Assembly: GCA_028571455.1 (NCBI GenBank)
Contig: JAPVVG010000208.1
Location: forward strand, 1-55,228
Direction: 5' to 3'
Length of the DNA stretch: 55,228 bases
Source of the DNA: Desulfobacteraceae bacterium
GTDB lineage: Bacteria > Desulfobacterota > Desulfobacteria > Desulfobacterales > ETH-SRB1
Shown in pieces: positions 8,526 through 18,822 of this stretch (positions are counted from its first letter, which is position 1; each line of letters opens with the position of its first letter). The notes under the pieces were generated by a model. That model was not told the DNA's origin, made no database searches, and saw only the letters and a program-made list of their open reading frames with translations. The position numbers were made by a program, and so were the translations under genes.

Positions 8526-9476
8526 TTATTTTTTCACATACTCATCAGCCCCTATGTCTATGCGTTTGCCTTCGGGCCTTTTATCACCGTCAATGTCTAT
8601 TTCAGGCGCTTGTTTTCCTGTCCCGCGATTTATTGCCGGTGATTTATCTGCAAGATGATAGAAATCACCTAACCCCACGAATAATGGATCCTTATCCATA
8701 TTGCCATATCCACTATATCCGCCCTCGACGATGGAGAATGAAATTTTAGGAGAAGGTGTGTTTTTAATATCTTTAACCACCTCATTGGGGGTATTGCCCC
8801 AGAAAATACAATTGCTAAAAACTGGGGCGGGCTTGTGCCTGACGTAAAGACCGCCGCCATTTATGGCGATATTTCTGGTAATCGTACAATTGATTATGCT
8901 TGCGCGAGTGTTATAGATATATATTCCACCGCCCTCGTAATTGGATGTATTTCTGACAACGACACAATTGACGATGGTTGCAGAGCCGGCATTCCCAAGG
9001 TAAATCCCGCCGCCCTGGCTGGTCTTGCTGCTGGTGCTGGCGGTATTGTTAACGATAATGCAATTGGTGATGGTGGGAGCGCTGTTGACAACGTAAATTC
9101 CGCCGCCCTGATCCCTAACCCGTCCATTGGTAATGGTAAAACCGGATACCAGAGCGTCTTCTAACTCACCGCTATGGAAATAGAATCCCCTGCCGTCATT
9201 TTCGCAATCAATAATGGTCTTCGAAGGGCCGTTTTCCGATTGCACAATTAGTTCTTTACCTTCAAAATCCAGGTTCTTATTTCTTTTGCCTTTGTAAGTT
9301 CCGTCGGCAACAAGTACTGTATCACCATCGACTGAGGCATCAATGGCTGCCTGTATTGTTTTGTAATCGCCCGGAACCTGCATGGTTGCACCAAAAGCGA
9401 GTGTGGAACATAAAAGTAATGATAGCGCAAAAACAAAGCAAAAGTATCCTTTGAAACTGCCTGCATTTCTTTTCAT
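8526..9476 (-). CDS. Secreted right-handed parallel beta-helix (pectin-lyase-like) protein
   Basis: Signal peptide, VPGDYKTIQAAID, repeated GGGIY/ITNC motifs, C-terminal DIGADE. Confidence 0.8.
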   Translation of the reverse strand: MKRNAGSFKGYFCFVFALSLLLCSTLAFGATMQVPGDYKTIQAAIDASVDGDTVLVADGTYKGKRNKNLDFEGKELIVQSENGPSKTIIDCENDGRGFYFHSGELEDALVSGFTITNGRVRDQGGGIYVVNSAPTITNCIIVNNTASTSSKTSQGGGIYLGNAGSATIVNCVVVRNTSNYEGGGIYIYNTRASIINCTITRNIAINGGGLYVRHKPAPVFSNCIFWGNTPNEVVKDIKNTPSPKISFSIVEGGYSGYGNMDKDPLFVGLGDFYHLADKSPAINRGTGKQAPEIDIDGDKRPEGKRIDIGADEYVKK

Positions 9477-9566
9477 AATTCTCTCTCCTTACATCCAGTA
9501 CAAGTTAAATAAGACACAGATAATATTATCATTTTTTAATTTAAAAATCTTAACCATCTGTGTTCA

Positions 9567-9599
9567 CCTGCCCGCTCGTGCCTTGCAATGGCAGGCGGG
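9567..9599 (+). mobile_element. 33-bp micro-insertion CCTGCCCGCTCGTGCCTTGCAATGGCAGGCGGG
   Basis: Splits ATCTGTGTTCA|TCTGTGTCC, the right arm matching GACACAGAT near 9512. Confidence 0.75.
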
Positions 9600-9640
9600 T
9601 CTGTGTCCCAAAAAATATTCCTATACTATTCAATTGAGCG

Positions 9641-10561
9641 TTATTGCTCGATTAAGGCTTTACCGTGTTCATCGGATGGCAGTTCACCCTCGCGACCCAT
9701 TTTGGCTTTTTGTAAGTTTTCACCTGCCTTCAAATAATATGTTGGCCTGACCTCGATGGCCTTCTCAAAAGAACGAATTGCCTTATCCCGCTCTCCCATC
9801 TTCAGGTAAACAAACCCCATGTTATTATAAGCCTTTGATTCATCTCCGCCTTTTTTAAAAGCCTCCATTGCCAATTGGTATCTGCCAAGCTTGGCTAACG
9901 CCATACCCAGGTTATTGTAAATTTTGGCATTAGATCTGTCAATTTTTAACGCTTTATTGAAAGCCTGGACCGCCTTTTCATATTTCCCCATCAGGGAGTA
10001 AGATATCCCCAGGTTATTATATAAAAACCCCTTGCGAGGCTTCAATGCAATGGCGGATTTATATTCAAGAGCAGAAAGATTATATTTTCCCTGTTGGTCA
10101 TAAATAATTCCCAGTAGATTATGTGCCTTCCATAACTTTGGGTCCAGTTCAACAGCTTTGCTTAAATGCTTTACTGCTTCTTCATTTTTTTTCAAACGAA
10201 AATAAGCCTGCCCAAGCCCCTGAAAAGCCGGCGCATACGCCGGATCTTTATCTATTACTTTCTGAAATTCCCGAATGGCGGCCTGATCAGACTTGCCTTT
10301 GAGAAAAACAAGACCTTTCTTATACCGGACCCTTGTATTTTCTGGATCAAGCTTAAGATATTTATTATATTCTATCAGGGCAAGCTGGAGGTTCCCCTGG
10401 TTAAAGTAAATATCCCCTAATCTTTCAATCTCGGAACCTGACATGTTCTGCGCAGATAAATCCTTGCGCAAATTATTTTGTTGCTGGGCACATCCGGATA
10501 CTCCCCCGGCCATGACCATAAGTGTTACCAACATGTTGAAAAAAATATCTTTTTTGAACAC
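9641..10561 (-). CDS. tadD: TPR lipoprotein, TadD-like
   Basis: Lipobox VSGC, tandem TPRs (YNNLG), directly after tadC. Start placed at GTG 10561 because the track start (10582) lies in a repeat arm. Confidence 0.75.
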   Translation of the reverse strand: MFKKDIFFNMLVTLMVMAGGVSGCAQQQNNLRKDLSAQNMSGSEIERLGDIYFNQGNLQLALIEYNKYLKLDPENTRVRYKKGLVFLKGKSDQAAIREFQKVIDKDPAYAPAFQGLGQAYFRLKKNEEAVKHLSKAVELDPKLWKAHNLLGIIYDQQGKYNLSALEYKSAIALKPRKGFLYNNLGISYSLMGKYEKAVQAFNKALKIDRSNAKIYNNLGMALAKLGRYQLAMEAFKKGGDESKAYNNMGFVYLKMGERDKAIRSFEKAIEVRPTYYLKAGENLQKAKMGREGELPSDEHGKALIEQ

Positions 10562-10619
10562 TTTTATTAATAGTTCAGCCACAAAGACCCTAACCCGGAC
10601 AAACCGGAACCAAAAATAT

Positions 10620-11606
10620 TTACCCTAAAGCAGCTCCTTTGAATATTACCTCATAGATATTAATAACTGCCGGACCTAATATCGCTACAAACAGAGACGG
10701 AAAGATAAATAAAATTAAGGGAAAGATCAATTTTACCGGAATTTTTGCGGCCCTTTCTTCAGCCCGCTGATATCTCTGAACTCTCATGGTGTCTGAATAT
10801 ACTTTTAGAGCTTGTCCTACACTGGTGCCGAATTTATCCGTTTGAATAAGCAGCGTCGCCAGACTATTCACTTCATCCAGATCAGTTCTCATGGCAAGAT
10901 TTCTTAAGGCATCTTTACGCAACTTTCCGGCCCTCATTTCCAGGTTATAAAGTTTAAGTTCACCGCTTAATACTTTGTTATCCAATTCTATTTCTTTTGC
11001 AACCCGATTAATCGCTGAATCCAGGCCCATCCCTGCTTCCACGCAGACAACCAGAAGATCGAGTGCATCCGGAAAACCATTTAGAATTATTTCCTTTCTT
11101 CTGGCAATTTTAAATCGCAGCCAGAGATCCGGCATATAATAGCCTAAAATTGCCAGCATGGTAAGGATGGTCACCATTTGAGCCGCACTGATCGGAGCAC
11201 CAGGAATCAACACTCGATATAGAAAAACCAAAAACGCCGGAAAAAATGCAAGGAGTAATTTTGCCCCCCAGTAGACAGCTCGTGCGTTTTCCCGGTGTAC
11301 GCCCGCCTTAAGAAAAACAGGTCTCAATTTGGTATAATCTATCAATTTGTCAATAGGCCGTGTACGCTTACCTATATTGCCTAAAAAATTCAGAAATCGG
11401 GTTTGGATCCCCCCACGTGTTTGTGTGGGTATAGTTTCTGACGGCATCACTGCCGTTTCCCCGGCATCCTGCTTAATTTTCCCCAAGAGGATTTGTTTTT
11501 TTGCATGACTTCGCACATATATCACTATGCCTGCGATTGCCAGGACCAGGGATAAAAAGACCACACCTGAAATAATAATAGGAAAATATTCGAGTGAAAT
11601 ATTCAT
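10620..11606 (-). CDS. tadC: Tad inner-membrane platform protein TadC
   Basis: FPDALDLLVVCVEAGMGLD, QRAEERAAKIPVKLIFPL. Confidence 0.92.
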   Translation of the reverse strand: MNISLEYFPIIISGVVFLSLVLAIAGIVIYVRSHAKKQILLGKIKQDAGETAVMPSETIPTQTRGGIQTRFLNFLGNIGKRTRPIDKLIDYTKLRPVFLKAGVHRENARAVYWGAKLLLAFFPAFLVFLYRVLIPGAPISAAQMVTILTMLAILGYYMPDLWLRFKIARRKEIILNGFPDALDLLVVCVEAGMGLDSAINRVAKEIELDNKVLSGELKLYNLEMRAGKLRKDALRNLAMRTDLDEVNSLATLLIQTDKFGTSVGQALKVYSDTMRVQRYQRAEERAAKIPVKLIFPLILFIFPSLFVAILGPAVINIYEVIFKGAALG

Positions 11607-11680
11607 TATCTTTAATGACCTCTAAATATTTTTATAAAATTCAGACCTCGATATTTCGTTAAAAATCGCGTCTTTTTTTA

Positions 11681-11720
11681 CCAGTATCCAGTTACAAGTA
11701 TCCAGCATCAAGCATCCAGC
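11681..11720. repeat. CCAG(T/C)AT heptamer tract abutting the tadB stop
   Basis: CCAGTAT-CCAGTTA-CAAGTAT-CCAGCAT-CAAGCAT-CCAGC. Confidence 0.7.
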
Positions 11721-12688
11721 TACACTTTAATATTAACCATCCTTCTCATCACCAGGGCGCCTAAGAGCATCAAGAACAAGGCAACGCCACACATTATTCT
11801 TCCGACCGGTTCTATAAACAATATTTTAATATATTCCGGGTTAACAATAAAAAGGGCTCCTATTATAAAAAAAGGAAGAGCCAGAAGCACATACATAGAC
11901 AATTTTCCCTCGGCAGCCAGTGTTCTGACCTTACCGAACAGTTTATATCTTTCGCGGATGAGATAAGCAATATTCTCCATAATCTCTGCAAGGTTTCCGC
12001 CGGTTTCCTGCTGCAAAATCACGGCAATCACAAAAAAGTTCAAGTCCTTGCATTCTACCCGTTGGGCAAAATTTTTCAGTGCATCGGAAACACCAAGCCC
12101 AAAATTAATTTCGTCCAGGGTCATACTGAATTCCGTACCCAATGGATCATCAAATTCATCGGCTGCCATTTTCATGCCGGTTGAAAAGGCATGACCGGCC
12201 CTCAAGGAACGGGCCATCAAGTCCAAAGACTCGGGCAACTGAGCCTGAAATTTTTTCATCCTTTGATTTTTCTTGATGTAAAGATAAAGGAAAGGAAGGC
12301 TGCCTAAACATATCGAAAAGATCACAGACAGTGTTGTCCCTATTCTCAAAAAATAAAAGCCAAGAAAGCCGGCGCCTGCAAAAAAAAGAGCGAGCAATAT
12401 GAAAAAACCTGCGGGGAACCGGGCATTTGCCAGATATCTTAATCGATCCAGGCGCTCAATCATAGTAATATGCAAAAGGATTTTATTTAACAGCGGAATT
12501 TCGCTCAACACCCGTTTTCGCACAAGATCCGGCAATTCATCTATCTGTTTGGCGGATGAAATTTTCCTGAGTTGTTTTCGAATTCTGGCACGATCGGGGT
12601 TTTTTGAGTTTCTATAGGAATAAGTAATTAATTCAATGACCGATACAACTACGATAAAAATGCCGACTGTAAGGATAAGGATATTCAT
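11720..12688 (-). CDS. tadB: Tad inner-membrane platform protein TadB
   Basis: QLPESLDLMARSLRAGH, QQETGGNLAE. Start set at MNILIL because the upstream extension is repeat-derived. Confidence 0.92.
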   Translation of the reverse strand: MNILILTVGIFIVVVSVIELITYSYRNSKNPDRARIRKQLRKISSAKQIDELPDLVRKRVLSEIPLLNKILLHITMIERLDRLRYLANARFPAGFFILLALFFAGAGFLGFYFLRIGTTLSVIFSICLGSLPFLYLYIKKNQRMKKFQAQLPESLDLMARSLRAGHAFSTGMKMAADEFDDPLGTEFSMTLDEINFGLGVSDALKNFAQRVECKDLNFFVIAVILQQETGGNLAEIMENIAYLIRERYKLFGKVRTLAAEGKLSMYVLLALPFFIIGALFIVNPEYIKILFIEPVGRIMCGVALFLMLLGALVMRRMVNIKV

Positions 12689-12728
12689 TGTTTTGTCCTT
12701 TTGAGCATGAATTCTCCAAGAAATATAA

Positions 12729-13003
12729 AGATGAACGTCCAACATCGAACATCCAACGTCGAATAATGATGTCGCTTCGCTCCTCAAATTATTATTAAAT
12801 CGAATAAAAAAACCAATACGAATATTGAAAGACTATTTTTGGTTCTTTTCAGATGTTCATCTCTTTTTCCATTCAACATTCAACATTCGATGTTCATTTT
12901 TCTTCAGTCCCTCAGACCTCAGACCTCTGACCTCTGACCTCTGTTTCTTTATCTTTTCCCATTCATCATTCGATGTTGGACGTTCGGTGTTCGATGTTCA
13001 TCT
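12729..13003. repeat. Long imperfect inverted repeat of heptamer units with an internal CCTC(A/T)GA tract, inside the tad operon
   Basis: Left AGATGAACGTCCAACATCGAACATCCAACGTCGAATAATGAT; right arm reverse complement AGATGAACATCGAACACCGAACGTCCAACATCGAATGATGAAT; five CCTC(A/T)GA units at 12910-12943. Confidence 0.85.
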
Positions 13004-13013
13004 TTTTAATGGA

Positions 13014-14342
13014 TCATACTTCAAAAATCCTATCCGGATCGAATATTTCACGAGGAACGGATATACCTGCGACGGTAAATTTATCCAGAAACCTGGGTCG
13101 GACACCATGAAACTTGAAGTGCCCCTGTACCTTTCCGTCCTCGGCAACGCCGGTTTGCCTGAATGAAAAGATTTCCTGCAGCGTGATAATATTGCCTTCC
13201 ATACCGGTAAGCTCCTGGATGCTGAGAAGTTTTCTCGTGCCATCCGGAAAACGAGAAATCTGGATAATAATATCCAAGGCCGAAGAAATAAATCTTCTTG
13301 TAAACTCGTTGGAAATTTCCAGCTTGGACATAGCAACCATACTTTCCAGGCGCATTAGAGCATCCCGGGAAGAGTTGGCATGAATCGTTGTTAGAGATCC
13401 CTCATGCCCGGTATTCATGGCCTGTAACATATCAAACGCCTCTGCCCCCCGGACCTCGCCCACAACAATTCGATCCGGACGCATTCTTAAACTGTTTCTC
13501 ACAAGGTCCCGCGTCGTTACCTCGCCTTTGCCTTCAATATTCGCGGGCCGGCTCTCCAGCCTGACCAGGTGCTCCTGCTTAAGCTGCAATTCAGCAGCAT
13601 CTTCAATGGTGACAATCCGCTCTTCTTCGGGTATGGACTGGGAAAGGCAATTTAATAAGGTTGTTTTTCCGCTGCCCGTACCCCCTGAGATGAGAACATT
13701 CAATTTTGCCTTAACAATTCCCTGCATTATCTCTCCGATCTCTTTGGTAAATGATCTCAGGAGGATAAGGTCCTTTAACATAAGCGGATCCCTGCCAAAG
13801 CGACGGATAGACATAGTAGGGCCGTCTATGGCCAGAGGAGGAATGATAACATTGACTCTGGAACCGTCAGAAAGCCGGGCATCCACCATGGGAGAAGATT
13901 CATCAATCCGGCGTCCTACGGATGAAACAATCTTATCAATAATTCTCATCAAGTGGACATCGTCTTTAAACTTTGATTCTGATAGTTCCAGCTTGCCGAA
14001 TCTTTCTATAAAAATCTGTTTGTAGCTATTGACCAGAATATCAGAAATCGTATCGTCTTTAAGAAATGGCTCCAGGGGACCGAGTCCCAGCACTTCATCC
14101 TCTATTTCCGAAAAAAGATTTTCTCTTTCGGTTAAATTGAGGGGAACCCTGTTTTCCTGTTCCTCAAGAACCCGCTTCACCAATGTTCTGATCTGAGATT
14201 TGACAAGATTTTTATCCAGAGAATCAATCATCGTCAGATCCATAAGATCGAGTAAACTATCATGAATTCTGGTTTTCAGTTCAAAATAGTCATCCGATGC
14301 GCGTTCCCTGAAGCCAGGCGCTGTATCATAATCTAAACGCAT
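13014..14342 (-). CDS. tadA: Tad secretion ATPase TadA/CpaF
   Basis: GLGPLE, GGTGSGKT, TIEDAAEL, LRMRPDRIVVGEVRG, AMNTGH. Confidence 0.96.
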   Translation of the reverse strand: MRLDYDTAPGFRERASDDYFELKTRIHDSLLDLMDLTMIDSLDKNLVKSQIRTLVKRVLEEQENRVPLNLTERENLFSEIEDEVLGLGPLEPFLKDDTISDILVNSYKQIFIERFGKLELSESKFKDDVHLMRIIDKIVSSVGRRIDESSPMVDARLSDGSRVNVIIPPLAIDGPTMSIRRFGRDPLMLKDLILLRSFTKEIGEIMQGIVKAKLNVLISGGTGSGKTTLLNCLSQSIPEEERIVTIEDAAELQLKQEHLVRLESRPANIEGKGEVTTRDLVRNSLRMRPDRIVVGEVRGAEAFDMLQAMNTGHEGSLTTIHANSSRDALMRLESMVAMSKLEISNEFTRRFISSALDIIIQISRFPDGTRKLLSIQELTGMEGNIITLQEIFSFRQTGVAEDGKVQGHFKFHGVRPRFLDKFTVAGISVPREIFDPDRIFEV

Positions 14343-14428
14343 TTGAATTATAACCTTCCTGTTTTATATAGATTGTCATATAACTCAACTACTCCGTGAA
14401 TTCTTGCAAATATTTTTTGCCATAAAAG

Positions 14429-15586
14429 CTATCGCTTTCCAAAAATTCCCCACCCCTTTTTTTCCTGTTTTTCGGATTCAGGACACAGCTCGGAAGCCAA
14501 TTGTTGGAAGTTTTTGGTAATTTCTTCCCGGGGTGCAAATTGAGCAAGGGCTTTGCCCCTGTTTATGGCGGTTACCGTTGTCTGATAGTCATTGGGAATT
14601 GTCCAGAATATCTTTTTTTCCAAAGAAATTTCCGCGTCTTTGACGGAAATTTCCGATTTTTTTAAATACCGATTGATAATAATTTTAATGTTTTCTTTTT
14701 TGGGAACCCCAAAATCGGAAAATGTTTTCAAAAGCTTATTGGTATTGGATAGACAAGGAAGGCTTAAAGCAGAAATCAGCAGAACCGTGTCCGACATTTC
14801 CAGAATTTTTAAAGAGATATCCCCCAGAGACTGGCCGCTGTCAATAATGATAAAATCGAACATTCTACGCATAACTATGAGAAGGCGCTCCATAATAGCA
14901 GGCGTTGCCATATTCTGATTGCTCAAGTAACTCGGGGATGGGAGGACACATACTCCCGAACTATCTACGGACAGGATGTTTTTCAAAAAAGTATCATCAA
15001 GGCGGGAAATGTTTTTGGTAATTTCGCTCCAGTTATACTTCGGCTCTATCTCCAGGAAAAGGGGTATATCCCCAAACAAAAGATTCATGTCAATTAATGC
15101 CACGGATTGGACACTTTTCTTTTCGACCAGACTGACCGCCAGATTGACGGCAATTGTTGTTGTCCCCACTCCTCCCTTGCTCCCCATTATATTTATAATC
15201 TTTCCGTCTTTGAAAGTTTCACGATGGGCTTCTTTTTCCTTTCTTCCTTTAAATCCTTCCAGAGCGAGTTTGATTTCTTGATCTTCAACCGGTGTGCTGA
15301 AAAATTCTCTTGCCCCGATTCTTATAGCTTGCCTGAGCACAGCCTGGTCCGAATGGGACGAAGCAAAAAAGACCTCGCCGACTTCGCCCGAAGTTAACAT
15401 ATCCTGGATCAAAAGAATTTCTTTTTCGACATTATCTCCCAGTTCAAAAATTAAAAGCTCGGATCGTTCTTTAGACGTCAGCCCCTGAATATTAAACCCT
15501 CCGACCTTCTGAAGAGCCGTTTCAAGCTGACTTTTCAATTTCTGATCTTTTATCTCTAACTTAACCGATAATTTTCCTTCCGCCAC
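14429..15586 (-). CDS. tadZ: TadZ/CpaE (receiver-like plus MinD/ParA-like domain)
   Basis: Deviant Walker A KGGVGTTT, atypical receiver N-terminus, amphipathic C-terminus KGWGIFGKR. Confidence 0.88.
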   Translation of the reverse strand: MAEGKLSVKLEIKDQKLKSQLETALQKVGGFNIQGLTSKERSELLIFELGDNVEKEILLIQDMLTSGEVGEVFFASSHSDQAVLRQAIRIGAREFFSTPVEDQEIKLALEGFKGRKEKEAHRETFKDGKIINIMGSKGGVGTTTIAVNLAVSLVEKKSVQSVALIDMNLLFGDIPLFLEIEPKYNWSEITKNISRLDDTFLKNILSVDSSGVCVLPSPSYLSNQNMATPAIMERLLIVMRRMFDFIIIDSGQSLGDISLKILEMSDTVLLISALSLPCLSNTNKLLKTFSDFGVPKKENIKIIINRYLKKSEISVKDAEISLEKKIFWTIPNDYQTTVTAINRGKALAQFAPREEITKNFQQLASELCPESEKQEKKGWGIFGKR

Positions 15587-15699
15587 GGTTTATTCCTCTC
15601 TCACTGTTATGAGCTTGTATAACTTATTGAACCTTTGAACTTGTTATCATATCCGTTTTTAAATTGATAACATTCCTGCCCTCTGATTATTTAAAAATA

Positions 15700-17148
15700 T
15701 CATTCAACCAAATTGGGTATGTAGCCTAAGATATTACCGACACCGGCACCTTCCCCTCGTTTTTGTATAGGTGACCATTCACAGGCATCAAAATAAACCT
15801 GTAAGGTCTTACTAGGTTGTGGAGTAATATTGTAAACATAAACTTTGGCAAATCCTTTAATCTCTAACTTCCCGGTTGGATTTCCACATTCACCTACATC
15901 AGGATCAGGATCAGCATAGATTGGCAGGAACGTTGTCCATATTAAATCCCAATCTATTCTTAGATTCAAATCATCACTTGTAGGGATAGTTCCTGGCCGT
16001 TCGGCAGTCAGTTTATCAATCGCATCATCAGAGGGATCAGTATCATTAGGAGGTTCATATTCAGTATCATGTGTTCTAAAATAATCGTAAAGTGCTACCA
16101 TGGGCGCAGGGGCATTCGCATCTCCGGTGAATAAGGCTCCAATAGTTCCACCCTGAAAAATAAACTCCGTGCCCTCAAGATCTGCTCCTTCTGCTGGAGC
16201 CCGTGCAGGCAGATCATAGCCCGAATAATCCTCGAAGTGATCAGGAGGTATAGTAGCTGGAGGTACAGGAGTTTCTAACCACCAGGCTTCACCTTCTGAT
16301 AGATTAGTATCATTTTCATCAATATCACCATCGGGCTCTGTATCAGTCGGACCTACGTCACATCCAGCACTTGGGCATCCATCGCCGGTTATCATCCCCA
16401 GAAGTCTACCATCCATAAGATTTGCATTAATACTATCATTCTCAAAATTATTCCAGCCCGCACAGCTAAGCCCGGTGTTAGTAAAATCGATATCCTGTTG
16501 ACAATCATGTGTTCCATTAAACAAATTGATGGAAAGACCAATAGGCAACTGAATCTCATGAACTTCGCCCACTGGAGTCAAAGCGGCAATTGCATCAGCC
16601 CTGACATCAACGGTTTGAATGCCGAATATCCTTGCAAAGAATGTTGTTATAGGTCCTTCGGCTGATTTGGGGTCACTGTCTCTCCGGGCGGTAACCTTAA
16701 TCGCGGTAGGCTTATCATTATCAGTAATTGGAATCCCACCCGAAGTATCACTATTATCAAACGTACAGGTGCTGACAGACAAAGCGCTATTTGCATTCCA
16801 CGCGTTATCAATCCACCTTCCAAATTCCACATCGCTATCATCAATGCTGATATTCAGCCCGGCCGCTTTATTAGCAAATGCTGTATCTTTCGCGGCGGTT
16901 CTGATCAAATCACAATCAGTACCACTGATCGGGGGCGTATTTAAGTATTGGTCACCCATGTTCCCAGCTCCGGCCAATGCCGCAGCATCGGCAATATCCT
17001 GGAGCTCGTTTTTTGTTGCCGCCAGATAACCTATGTCCACTGCTAAGGCAACAAAACCTATAAGCATTACAAGCGCGATGGCGACAATGATAGCTGTTGC
17101 TCCCCGCTGATTTTTAAATTTTGATATGAGTTGATGGTATGTTTTCAT
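15700..17148 (-). CDS. tadG: TadG-like pilus assembly/adhesin protein
   Basis: NQRGATAIIVA, ALAVDIG, ELQDIADAAALAGA; acidic, Cys-containing C-terminal domain. Confidence 0.85.
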   Translation of the reverse strand: MKTYHQLISKFKNQRGATAIIVAIALVMLIGFVALAVDIGYLAATKNELQDIADAAALAGAGNMGDQYLNTPPISGTDCDLIRTAAKDTAFANKAAGLNISIDDSDVEFGRWIDNAWNANSALSVSTCTFDNSDTSGGIPITDNDKPTAIKVTARRDSDPKSAEGPITTFFARIFGIQTVDVRADAIAALTPVGEVHEIQLPIGLSINLFNGTHDCQQDIDFTNTGLSCAGWNNFENDSINANLMDGRLLGMITGDGCPSAGCDVGPTDTEPDGDIDENDTNLSEGEAWWLETPVPPATIPPDHFEDYSGYDLPARAPAEGADLEGTEFIFQGGTIGALFTGDANAPAPMVALYDYFRTHDTEYEPPNDTDPSDDAIDKLTAERPGTIPTSDDLNLRIDWDLIWTTFLPIYADPDPDVGECGNPTGKLEIKGFAKVYVYNITPQPSKTLQVYFDACEWSPIQKRGEGAGVGNILGYIPNLVE

Positions 17149-17180
17149 TTTTTATTCCCCGCTCAATCATATTCTGTCTA

Positions 17181-17645
17181 TTATTCCATTTTCATGATTG
17201 TTTTGGCATTCAAGGTAATCGGACCAAAAGCTGATAGGACCAAAAAATCATAATCGTAAGTAACTACAACTTTAAGATCACATCCAAAAGAAGTGCATCT
17301 ATCAATTGCAGGGTTAAACGTGGTAGAATCATTGTTAATCGTTAAAAGATCAATATCTGCCTTTTCAAGCGTAGCTAATCCAAAGGTAACAAGATATGCT
17401 TTACCGTATTTTATAACTTCATCCTCAATAGCACCGTTACTTAATCTTGGAGTCCGCGAAACTATCCCTGCCCGTGCTCCTTCCCGACAGGCGTTGGTAA
17501 TGATTTGTTTATTGTATAAGAGCAAACCGCCTTCGATAATTCCAAAAAGCAGGAAAATAAGCAAAGGCAAAATAATGGCAAATTCTACTACTGCACCTCC
17601 ATTCTGGTTTTTTATTATCATTTTCGGTTTCATTGCTACAGGCAC
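17181..17645 (-). CDS. tadE: TadE/TadF-like pseudopilin
   Basis: GGAVVEFAIILP, ACREGARAG. Confidence 0.88.
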   Translation of the reverse strand: MPVAMKPKMIIKNQNGGAVVEFAIILPLLIFLLFGIIEGGLLLYNKQIITNACREGARAGIVSRTPRLSNGAIEDEVIKYGKAYLVTFGLATLEKADIDLLTINNDSTTFNPAIDRCTSFGCDLKVVVTYDYDFLVLSAFGPITLNAKTIMKME

Positions 17646-17690
17646 AATATTACTATTTATTTTTAGGCGTTACAGCTTAAAAAAATCTAT

Positions 17691-18134
17691 CTACGACGAA
17701 GTTCCTTCCATTTTCATTAATGTCCGGCCAACGATTTTTTTTGTTAAGCCAAAACCAAAGAGGGACGGAACCAAAAAACTATAATCGTATTCTACTTGAA
17801 CTGAAAAGTTGTCTCCAAAGTTAGAGGGCCTAGTACTGGGAGTAAGTGTGATATCATCATCTTCTACAGTATTACCACTGAAGTCAATGACGCGCGAATC
17901 ACAATATAATGTGACTATATCTTTAACAGCCTGGTTATCCGAGGAATCAGGTCCAGTATTGACTATTCCTGCTCGCGCGCCTTCCCGGCTGGCATTGATA
18001 ATAACTTGCGAGTTGTACCAAAGCAGACCGAACTCACAAATTCCAATAACCAGCAAAACCAGCAATGGAGCCACAATGGCAAATTCTACTACTGCTGCCC
18101 CTTTCTGGTCTTTTATGGTCATTTTTGTTTTCAT
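17691..18134 (-). CDS. tadE: TadE/TadF-like pseudopilin
   Basis: KGAAVVEFAIVAP, ASREGARAG. Confidence 0.88.
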   Translation of the reverse strand: MKTKMTIKDQKGAAVVEFAIVAPLLVLLVIGICEFGLLWYNSQVIINASREGARAGIVNTGPDSSDNQAVKDIVTLYCDSRVIDFSGNTVEDDDITLTPSTRPSNFGDNFSVQVEYDYSFLVPSLFGFGLTKKIVGRTLMKMEGTSS

Positions 18135-18270
18135 TATTTGGATATCAACTTTACCAAATACTGGTTTTGGGTTTTAAGTTTTTAGTCACTTAGTTGTGCG
18201 ATTTGTGCATGTTATGTGAAAAAATATTTAAATTTAACAAGTGTGAAGTGACTAAAATGATCTAAAGTTT

Positions 18271-18303
18271 ACCCTGTGGAATGCGGAGCCTATTCCTCCG
18301 GGG
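18271..18303. mobile_element. GTGGAATGC..AGCCTATTCC..GGGG hairpin micro-element
   Basis: Near-identical partial copy at 22480-22506; related element at 24852-24904. Confidence 0.6.
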
Positions 18304-18362
18304 TTGAGCAATTCTATCTCACTTCAAACTTTTCCGGTTTATCCGGTTTAGAAATCTCAGCG

Positions 18363-18665
18363 CTATTGAATCGTAAACGATGTTGAGGTTTTAACCTCTT
18401 TTTGCTCCTTGAAAGACTTTTTGCGGTTATCCAAATTATGTTCGACTACCTGTCCGTCAAGCCCAATTACCGGCTCTACGGTCTTTCCGGCCTCAGGGTT
18501 TAAAATCTGGTTATTTTTGGCTGCTTCAAAGGATTTCCCCCAGTTCATATCCAGATTTTGTGCTCTTTTACCCTCGGGCAGGTTCCCGGCACAGCCCCAT
18601 AACGTGACAACAGAGAAAACAGCCAGCACTACGATCAGTATGATATTGCCTTTAAGCATCTTCAT
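18363..18665 (-). CDS. Small Tad-associated lipoprotein
   Basis: GGAGG RBS, MKMLKG... signal peptide with lipobox LWGC; directly after the secretin. Confidence 0.75.
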   Translation of the reverse strand: MKMLKGNIILIVVLAVFSVVTLWGCAGNLPEGKRAQNLDMNWGKSFEAAKNNQILNPEAGKTVEPVIGLDGQVVEHNLDNRKKSFKEQKEVKTSTSFTIQ

Positions 18666-18691
18666 TTTATCCTCCAATTTACAATAGGTTA

Positions 18692-18814
18692 GCCACAAAG
18701 ACACGAAGACACCAAAGATTATAATATAACTCTTTTAATGCCATTTTTAATAAATAGTTTTGCCACAAATACACAAAGGATATATTTATTATTCTTCCTT
18801 TGTGCCTTAGTGGC
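18692..18814. repeat. GCCACAAAGACAC-type arms (two left, one right)
   Basis: 18692-18717 and 18762-18779, with complementary CCTTTGTGCCTTAGTGGC at 18797-18814. Confidence 0.75.
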
Positions 18815-18822
18815 TGGACTGC

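Noticed and set aside
12689-13336. tadB N-terminal extension and ORFs 12825-13166 and 12998-13336
   Set aside because: Translations of heptamer repeats, or shadow frames of tadA.
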